Source: Sumerlaeia bacterium
GTDB taxonomy: Bacteria; Sumerlaeota; Sumerlaeia; SLMS01; JAHLLQ01
Length of the DNA stretch: 64,000 bases
Assembly (NCBI GenBank): GCA_040219255.1
Contig: JAVJSW010000001.1
Location: 37,250-101,249 of the forward strand
Reading direction: 5' to 3'
The notes under the pieces are model-generated. The model was not told the origin of the DNA. It ran no database searches and saw only the letters and a program-made list of their open reading frames with translations. Positions 19,795-27,700 of this stretch are shown here, one piece after another. The position numbers and the translations under genes are program-made. The stretch's first letter is position 1. Every line of letters begins with the position of its first letter.

Positions 19795-20811
19795 TTGCCG
19801 CCTTCAGCCCATTCCCCCCACGCTTTCAATTTGTTGGCTTCTATCGAAGAGGCTGACGTATTTGAGGTGACGCAGAGGTTTTCCGTGCCCGAACCGAACC
19901 CGGACGATACCGGGCCGTTCCAGCAAAACCTGATCGACGAAGATCTGGAGGCGCTCGATGAGGGCGCCCTGCGATCCCGGTTGCGCGAAGTGCAGCGTCA
20001 GCTCGAGGCCGCCCACAGCCAGGAAAGCGAACTGCAACGGCGCCTGAAAGACGTCCTGAGCGCCAGCCAGCGCCAGCTCGGCGAGATCGCCCGCGTCCAC
20101 TCCCGCTTTCTCCCCAACCGCTTTCCCATTCTCGGAGGCCTCGGCTTCGCCGCCAATTGCCGCCCCTGCGCCGATGTGGGCGGCGATTTCTACGATGTCT
20201 TCGAATTGCGCGATGGCCGCGTCGCTTTCTGCATGGCCGACGTCTCTGGCCACGGCGCCATGGCCGCCATCAGCATGGCCACCACCCGCGCCCTGCTGCG
20301 AACCGCTCTGATCGAAGCGGAACCGGTCGATCAGCCCTCCGACGTCCTCGCCCGCCTGTCCTATTGGTTTGGCCCGCAGCTCGACGATGAGCAGTTCGTC
20401 ACCATGTGGCTGGGCATTTATGACCCGCCGACGTGCCTGCTCTCCTACGCCAGCGCCGCTCATCCCTCAGCCATTCTCTGGCGCAAAGAAAAAGACGACC
20501 CGGAATACATCCCCGTCGAGCCCACCGTGCCCTTGGGCATCAGCGGCATCGTGCCGCCCCCAGCCGAAGACGGCATGCTCAAGCTCAAGCCCGGCGACCG
20601 CGTCCTGCTCTACACCGACGGATGGACCGAAACGCCGTCGCGCACAGGCGAGGTCCTGGACGGCGAACGCTTCCTGGAGTTCTTCGCCAACACCCAAGGC
20701 CAGATGCTGGCTCACGTGCCGCTCATGATGTTCATGGATTTCGAGCGCCACGCCGTCGGCACCCGCATCCGCGACGATTTGAGTCTGCTGGTGATGGATC
20801 GGGTCCAGTGA
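19795..20811 (+). CDS. PP2C-type (SpoIIE/RsbU family) serine phosphatase
   Basis: 338 aa; coiled-coil N-terminus then SpoIIE domain (GGDFYDVF...CMADVSGHG...LLYTDG). Confidence 0.8.
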   Translation: MPPSAHSPHAFNLLASIEEADVFEVTQRFSVPEPNPDDTGPFQQNLIDEDLEALDEGALRSRLREVQRQLEAAHSQESELQRRLKDVLSASQRQLGEIARVHSRFLPNRFPILGGLGFAANCRPCADVGGDFYDVFELRDGRVAFCMADVSGHGAMAAISMATTRALLRTALIEAEPVDQPSDVLARLSYWFGPQLDDEQFVTMWLGIYDPPTCLLSYASAAHPSAILWRKEKDDPEYIPVEPTVPLGISGIVPPPAEDGMLKLKPGDRVLLYTDGWTETPSRTGEVLDGERFLEFFANTQGQMLAHVPLMMFMDFERHAVGTRIRDDLSLLVMDRVQ

Positions 20812-20830
20812 CGCGAGGCAAGCCGCCCTC

Positions 20831-21802
20831 GTGAAGCCCTGGTTCGCGCGCAATTGGTTCAACGTGGGCCTGATCGCCGTGGTGATCCTCGGGTTTCTGC
20901 TGCCCCGCGAAATCGGCCAGTTCCTCTATCGCTGGTCCGCCTGGATCGCGGGGGGGGCGATTTTCGTCACCGGGCTCAAATTCGACGTGCGGACGCTCGA
21001 CTTCCGGCGCTCCTTCGCCGTTGGCGTTGCCCTCTCCACTGTCATCAGCCTTCTTCTCGCCCCCGTGCTGTTCCGATACAGCGTTGGCTGGTTCTTCGAC
21101 GGCGGCATGTTTCTCGGCCTCATTATCCTCAGCGCCCTGCCCACCACCATCGTCAGCAACATTGCCCTGTGCGACGCCGCGCGGGGAAACACGGCGATGT
21201 CGAGCGTCTCCACGGTGGTCATCAACACCGGCGGTCTGGTCACCATCCCTATCGTGCTGGCCCTGTTCGCGGGCGAGAACGCGGGCGCCCAAAGCGTTTC
21301 CGCCGCCGATCTGCTCCAAACGCTCTTCTGGGTCGTAGTCCTGCCCAACGTCGCGTCGCAATTCATGCACCTCCTGGTTCCCGCCAAGGCCACGCAGACC
21401 CTCGTCAAGGCCACCGCCTTCGTTCCCCGGGGCGTCGTGCTGCTGTTCATTTTCCTCGGGGTAATCCTGAACGCGGACCGGCTGCGGGACGCCGCCCAGG
21501 ACAAACCCCTCTTCTTCGCCGAACTGGTGCTCATCGTGGTCCTTCTGCACGCGGCGCTGCTGGCGATTTCCTGGGTCAGCGCCCGCCTGCTCCGGCTCGG
21601 CTGGGAAGACCGCGTCAGCGTCCTCTTCGCCTCCAGCCAGAAAACCCTCACCATCGGCATCGCGCTGGTCTCCCAGCTCTTTCCCGACGTCACAGAGGCA
21701 ATCCTGCCGCTCATCCTCTATCAGGTCACCTCGCTCTTCGCCGACGGAATCCTGGCCAACGGGCTGGCGAAGCGACACCCATCGCGCCGCGCCGAGCGTT
21801 GA
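20831..21802 (+). CDS. Bile acid:sodium symporter (BASS/SBF-like) family membrane transporter
   Basis: 323 aa, about 9-10 TM helices, SBF-like core (ALPTTIVSNIAL..., VLLFIFLGVILN). Confidence 0.7.
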   Translation: MKPWFARNWFNVGLIAVVILGFLLPREIGQFLYRWSAWIAGGAIFVTGLKFDVRTLDFRRSFAVGVALSTVISLLLAPVLFRYSVGWFFDGGMFLGLIILSALPTTIVSNIALCDAARGNTAMSSVSTVVINTGGLVTIPIVLALFAGENAGAQSVSAADLLQTLFWVVVLPNVASQFMHLLVPAKATQTLVKATAFVPRGVVLLFIFLGVILNADRLRDAAQDKPLFFAELVLIVVLLHAALLAISWVSARLLRLGWEDRVSVLFASSQKTLTIGIALVSQLFPDVTEAILPLILYQVTSLFADGILANGLAKRHPSRRAER

Positions 21803-21820
21803 CCACGCAGCCACAAGCCG

Positions 21821-23992
21821 GTGCCAGTTGACGAACGCGACCGGGAGACCGTTACTACAGTCCTGAATGGCGTTCGGAGGCCTCCCGCAATTTTCCCTCG
21901 TTCTCTGTCTCTTCTTCACTTACGGAAATTCTGCCTCCTGACTGCGACCGCTCTCCTGCCGGCTGCGGCGGCGTGGCCGGGCGAGGGTCTCACGGCCCAG
22001 GCGCAATGGACCGGCGCGACCAGCGGCCTGCAGCTCGGCATGGCCTTGGCCGGCGTCGGCGATTTCAACGGCGACGGCCTGATGGATTTCGCCGCCGGGG
22101 CGCCCGGCTTCGACGCCGATACGGGGGCTGCGGGTCTGATCCTCGGCGGCACCAGTTCTCTTCCGAACCCCATCGGGCCGGATACGCTGACCGGCGCCAA
22201 CGGCTTTTGGGCCCGCGCCAGCGACCCCCGCGAGCGGGCCGGAACCGACGTGGCCGCCGCCGGTGACGTCAACGGCGACGGCTTCGCCGATTTGCTCATC
22301 GGATCGGCCTACGCCCGGGGCTTCCGGGGCGCCGCTTACCTGATCTTCGGCAGCGCCGCCGCCTTTCCCCGCGCCTTCGAACTCGACCTCATCGGCGCAC
22401 GCCAGGGCACCGCCGAAATCACCCTCGGCACAGTCATGCCGGGCGATACGCTGAGCGACCGCATGGGCACCGCCGTGGCGGGAATCGGCGACTTCAACGG
22501 CGATGGCTACGGCGATTTCGCCATCACGGCGGCACTGGCACAGGTGGGGGACGAGATTTTCGCCGGCCGGACCTTCGTGCTCTTCGGCCGCGAGAACTTC
22601 ACCGGTCAACTCTCGCCCTTCGACTTGCTCCCCGCCCGTGGCGGCGACGGGTCCGAAGGCTTCGTCCTCAATGGCGCCTTGTCTTACGATCAAGCCGGGC
22701 AAGCCATCGCCGGTCTTGGCGATATCAACGGCGATGGCTTCGCTGATTTCGCCGTGGGGGCCCCCTATACCGACGCCACCGATCTGGGCACGGAAGGCAA
22801 GGTGTTCGTCCTATTCGGCCGGCCAAGCGTCCTGATGCCCGAGTCCACCCTCGGCGCCCTCTCCCCCGCCGAAGGCTTTGTCGTCGCCAGTTCCATCCCC
22901 GAAGACCGCATCGGGTTCGCCGTCGCCGCTGCTGGCGACGTCAACGGCGATGGGCTCGAAGATTTCCTGATCGGCGCCCCGCGCGCCGACGGACGAGACG
23001 GCGCCCTGGTGGCCGCCGGAAAGGTCTACATCGTCTTTGGCCGCAGCGTCTTTCCCTCGCGCATCGATGCCGCAGCGAGCCTGCTCAGCATGGAGGGCGC
23101 CAGTGATCAGGACTTCTTTGCCCAGGCCGTGACCGGAGTGGGCGATTGGACCGGCGATGGTTTCGCGGATATTCTGATCGGCGCGCCCCGCGTGGACTCG
23201 CCAGATCGCCTGCTGCTGGAATTGGGGCAGACCGCCCTCATCCCTGGCGCCGCTTCGACCGGTGCTATTGGGCCAATCGCGTCCACCCTGACCGGTACCG
23301 CCGAGCGCAGTCTCCTGGGACAGAGCCTCGCCCTGATCGGCGATCACGATGGCGACGGCCGCTTCGCTTTCCTGGCCGGAGCCCCCACCTCCCCAGGCCA
23401 GAACGCTTTGCCCCAGGCGGGCGCCGTTATCGTCGTTAGCGAACCCGCAGGCCTCGCGGCCGACGGCCAACGCGTGCTCTCGCCCGCAAACGCCGCGTTC
23501 CTGCCGGTGGGTTTTGCTGGCGGGGCCAGCGCCATCGCACCCCGCACCGCTCTCCACGCCCGCGCCATCGGAGGAACGACGCCGGTAACCCTCAACGCCC
23601 GCCGCGAAGCCCAAGCCCCACGGAACCTGCCCGATGCGACGCCGGTGCGGTGGCGCCTGGAAGCAAGCGATCCGGCGCGGCGTCTGGAAATCCGCGTGGC
23701 GTTGACCGCCGCCGAAGTCGCCGGACTCCTGGAGTCGCGGCTGGCCCTCTTCTCGGCACCCGCCGAGGACGGGCCCTGGACGCCAGTCGCCGGAGCGGTT
23801 CGCGTCGGCGGCCGCCTGCAATGGCAGGGAACCGTGACCGCGACCCCCGTCTGGCTCGCTATCGCAGAGCGCCAAAGCGCCGTCGTGCGACAGGAAATCG
23901 TCCGCTTTCTCCTCGGCATTCAGGCCTACCGCGACGCCCTCGACGTAAACCGAGATGGCGTCGTGGACAGCGCCGACATGACCGGTTTGTAG
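21821..23992 (+). CDS. Secreted FG-GAP repeat (integrin-alpha-like beta-propeller) protein
   Basis: Signal peptide (LLTATALLPAAAAWP); at least 7 canonical FG-GAP repeats (GDFNGDGLMDFAAGAP, GDVNGDGFADLLIGSA, GDINGDGFADFAVGAP ...); C-terminal dockerin-like DVNRDGVVDSADM. True start probably a GTG/TTG near 21900. Confidence 0.75.
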   Translation: MPVDERDRETVTTVLNGVRRPPAIFPRSLSLLHLRKFCLLTATALLPAAAAWPGEGLTAQAQWTGATSGLQLGMALAGVGDFNGDGLMDFAAGAPGFDADTGAAGLILGGTSSLPNPIGPDTLTGANGFWARASDPRERAGTDVAAAGDVNGDGFADLLIGSAYARGFRGAAYLIFGSAAAFPRAFELDLIGARQGTAEITLGTVMPGDTLSDRMGTAVAGIGDFNGDGYGDFAITAALAQVGDEIFAGRTFVLFGRENFTGQLSPFDLLPARGGDGSEGFVLNGALSYDQAGQAIAGLGDINGDGFADFAVGAPYTDATDLGTEGKVFVLFGRPSVLMPESTLGALSPAEGFVVASSIPEDRIGFAVAAAGDVNGDGLEDFLIGAPRADGRDGALVAAGKVYIVFGRSVFPSRIDAAASLLSMEGASDQDFFAQAVTGVGDWTGDGFADILIGAPRVDSPDRLLLELGQTALIPGAASTGAIGPIASTLTGTAERSLLGQSLALIGDHDGDGRFAFLAGAPTSPGQNALPQAGAVIVVSEPAGLAADGQRVLSPANAAFLPVGFAGGASAIAPRTALHARAIGGTTPVTLNARREAQAPRNLPDATPVRWRLEASDPARRLEIRVALTAAEVAGLLESRLALFSAPAEDGPWTPVAGAVRVGGRLQWQGTVTATPVWLAIAERQSAVVRQEIVRFLLGIQAYRDALDVNRDGVVDSADMTGL

Positions 23993-24086
23993 CCGATCTG
24001 GCACGGGTTGTGCACCTCTTATCCGCACCCAAATCGACACCCGCGGCCTCCGCGCCGCTGCCGATCCCAACGGAGGACTCAACCAG

Positions 24087-24662
24087 ATGGCCACCAAGAA
24101 AAAAACCGACACCAAATCCGCCGCGGCCCCGACCAAGCCCCGCCGCGCCCAGACCGATATGGAAGAAAATCCGATCGGATTGCCGCAGGATTACTGCGAA
24201 GACATGGTGCCCGAGTTGGACAAGCTCCTCTCGACCGAATACACCCTACTGCACCAGTACCACAAGCATCACTGGCTGGTGAACGGCCCGCAGTTCCGCG
24301 ATCTGCATCTCTTCTACCAGGAGGCCTACGAGGCGCTCTTCGCAAAGGTCGACGACATCGCCGAACGCGTGACACACCTAGGCGGGTTCCCGACCTGCGA
24401 ACCGGCCAACATGCAGAAGAAGTCGATCATCGACCACGAACCGGAAGGTCTCTTCTCGGTCCGCGACATGCTGGCTCGCGACAAGGCGGCGGAAATCACC
24501 GTCGCGCAGAATCTGCGCAAAATGATCGCCTTCGCCCGCGACCACCAGGACTTTGGCACGGTCCGCCTGCTGGAGAAAGTTCTCCTCGGCGGCGAAGACC
24601 GCGCCCATCACATCGATCACTTCCTGGAGGAAGACTCGCTGGAAGAAGGCCGCGAGGACTGA
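24087..24662 (+). CDS. dps: Dps (DNA-binding ferritin-like starvation protein)
   Basis: 191 aa; Lys-rich N-tail, ferroxidase-centre residues (HW..GP.F..LH..F.E...D..AER). Confidence 0.85.
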   Translation: MATKKKTDTKSAAAPTKPRRAQTDMEENPIGLPQDYCEDMVPELDKLLSTEYTLLHQYHKHHWLVNGPQFRDLHLFYQEAYEALFAKVDDIAERVTHLGGFPTCEPANMQKKSIIDHEPEGLFSVRDMLARDKAAEITVAQNLRKMIAFARDHQDFGTVRLLEKVLLGGEDRAHHIDHFLEEDSLEEGRED

Positions 24663-24705
24663 CTCGCGGGGTTCGCCCCCCACAGGTTTCCCATAAAAAT
24701 GGCGC

Positions 24706-24739
24706 GCCCGGTCAGATTGTCTGGCCGGGCGTTTTTCTA
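24706..24739 (+). terminator. Intrinsic terminator downstream of dps (possibly bidirectional with convergent giant ATPase gene)
   Basis: cgcccggtcag-attgt-ctggccgggcg hairpin followed by TTTTTCT. Confidence 0.6.
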
Positions 24740-24757
24740 GCCTCCGCCATCGCGCAC

Positions 24758-27700
24758 TCAGCCCCCGCCCCCACCGACTTGCGCCAGCAAGCCGGTCGCC
24801 TTGCGGTGCGCGCCGTCCAACGCCGCGATGATCGCCGACAGCTCATTGCGCGTCAGGCTGGCGCCCTCGCGGCTTTCCACCAGCAGAAGCGTATCCTCGC
24901 GCAGGGCGAAGCTGACCGGTAGAATCTCGGAGTTGAAATCGAGCAGCACCCGGTACAAATCCGGCCCGGCGGCGCCGTTCAGCGCCCCCACCTCCGCCTC
25001 CAGATAGAACCGCTCGCCCTCGATCCGTAGCCGCACCGGCAGGCCGCCGTCGCGTTCCAGCAGGTACTCGGTGCGAGAGACTTCGCGGACGATAAACCCA
25101 CTGCCTTCAAGGAACCGGCGCAGCGAACCGGCCTGGTTGAATTCGCCTTCCTTGGGCGACCAGACGAATTTGTTCTCGCTCGGCGCTGGCGGCGTGGGAG
25201 CGGACGCCGGGGCGCGCTCGGGAATCACGGCCATGGCCAGGCTGGTCAGGATCTCGTGCAATTGGGCCAGGCTCTCCGGCGGGAACGTCGCCCGCAGATC
25301 GCCGGAAATCGGCGCGGGCGCGGCGGCCTGCGGCGCTTCAGAGCGCGTGGAGGCCGCCTCGGCGAGCGCCGCCTTCAAATCCGCCAGTCCCGTCTGCAAT
25401 CCCGCCAGGGCCTCCGGCGCGAATTCCGCCCGCACCGGCCGGTCCGATTCGGACTGCGCCTGGCGCATCGCGTCCAGGGCCAACTTCAATTCCGCCAGCG
25501 CTTCGCGCACCGGACCGAGGCTTTCGCCCTCGAGCGTCGCCCGCACCTCCTGCGGCCCCGTCGGGCGGCTTTGCTCGACCCGGTCCGCCAACTGCGTCAG
25601 GCCCCCCGCGATGCCCGCGTTCAGGCCGCCAACGCCCTCCGACAAATCGTTCAGCACGCCCATGATCTGGGTCATGCTGTCGGCTTGGCCGCCGCCGATG
25701 CCGCGGAACTTCTGGTTCCGGCGGAAGGTGTCGCAGATTTCCGCCCAGCGCTCGCGATCGCCCGGCTGTTCAAAGCCAAACGTCAGCTTGAAATTCAGCA
25801 GGTTCGCCTCGGCGCCGGTTGTGAGCGTCTGCGCCTCCTGATCGTAGTGCGAGAAAATCAGCGTCTTCAGCTCCGCATCGTTCATCACCGGCAGCACCTT
25901 CTCCGCCAGCTTGTTCATGTTGCGATAGGAGCCCTGGAGCTTGAACGGCGGCTGGGTGCGGAATTCGTCGGCTTGGGCGGCGCTCTCGATGTACATTTCG
26001 TTGATGCGCAGAATGACGTCGCGCACCGCCATCAGCTTCTTCAGCACGTCCACGTATTCGCTGATTTCGGTCGCGCTGTGGTTCGCTTCGAAATCCACGC
26101 CTTCGCGCGAACCGGTCTCGGCGATGCGCAGAATACCGTGCAGATCCTTGTGGCTCTTGGCCGACAACCGCGCCAGCGAGGCGTTCGAGGTCATGGCGTT
26201 TTCGATGTAGGACAGTTCGAACGCCGCCCGCGTGTCGCCAATGATGTCGCCCAGATTATACGTGTCGGCGCGGTTGGCCAGCATGTCGGGAATCTGGAAC
26301 TTTTCGCCGCTCTCGGTGTAGGGATTGCCGGCCATGATGACGCAGACTTTCCGCCCGCGCAGGTCATAGGTTTTCGTGCGGCCCTTGTACACGCCCTCGA
26401 TCTTGCGCTGGGCGTCGCAGAGGCTGATGAATTTCTGCAAGAATTCCGGGTTACAGTGCTGAATATCGTCGAGATAGATCATCACGTTGTCGCCCATTTC
26501 GAGCGACAGGTTCAGCTTCTCCAACTCCTGACGCGCTGTGGCGTTGGGGGCCTCCACCGGGTCCAGGCTGGTGACGTGGTGGCCGATGGCTGGACCATTG
26601 ATTTTCATGAAGATAATGCCGAGCCGGTTCGCGATGTACTCCATCAGCGTCGTCTTACCATAGCCCGGCGGCGAAATCAGCAGCAGCATGCCCATCCGAT
26701 CGGTGCGAGTATTCGCACCCACCGTCCCCATTTGTTTCGCCAGGTTGTCGCCGATCAGCGGCAGATAAACCTGATCCAGCAGCTTGTTGCGCACGAAGCT
26801 GGACAAGATGCGGGGCTTGAATTCTTCGAGCCGCAGTTGCTCGCGGAAGCGCTCGGCGCTGCGTTTCTTCGCCTCCTGGAACGTGCGGAACATCGGCCCC
26901 ACGGTGCGGTCGTAGTGGGCAAGGCGGCTCATGAATTCCGGATAGCTGAGCCCATAGCGGCCCTCCGCGATGCGGCTGTGCGAACCCAGCATGCCCTCTA
27001 ATTCCCGCGTGATCGAAGCCGACAGCACGCGCCGCTTCTCGAACGACCCGGTGAAGCAAAGCACCGCCGCTTCATCCAGGTACGGCCGCAGCGTTTCGGC
27101 CTCCTTCGCCTTCTCCAGATACCCCGCCAGCCATGCCCGCACCAGCGCGAAAGTCCCCACCGGATCGGCCTCCGCACCGGCCAACGTTTCCTCGAAGGCT
27201 TTGGCGCCATTGGCCTTTTTCAGGTGTGCGGTGAAGCCCTCGAAGAGCTTGGCGGCCTCCGGCGCGATCACGAAATCTTCGCCTGCCGTCAGCTCGAAAT
27301 ACAGATACTCAGCGCCTTCGCGGGCGGCCTCGGCGGGAAAAAGGGCCGTCGTCTCGGCGAACGCCACGAGCTGTTCCTCGAGCGGCGCCAGGAACCGCCC
27401 GCGGTCCAGCCGGTGCGGCAGCACCCGCAGAATCGCCCGCACACCCCGGAGTTGCTGGGCGAGGCGCCCCTTCAGTTCCCCATCGCCAAAGCGCCGGAAC
27501 CACATCTGCGCGCACGCCCGCGAAGCCGTCGGGTAGCGCAGCAGGCCAACCGCCTGATTCATCTGCGCCAGCGCCCGCACGATCTTCGCCGCGTCACCGT
27601 CGTGGACGCCCTTGACGTAGCCCTCGGCGTAGCGCGGGCTCGCGAACTTCTGCACCGCGTCCAGCAGCGCCGCGTCCTCCATCACCGCCAATTCGGCCAC

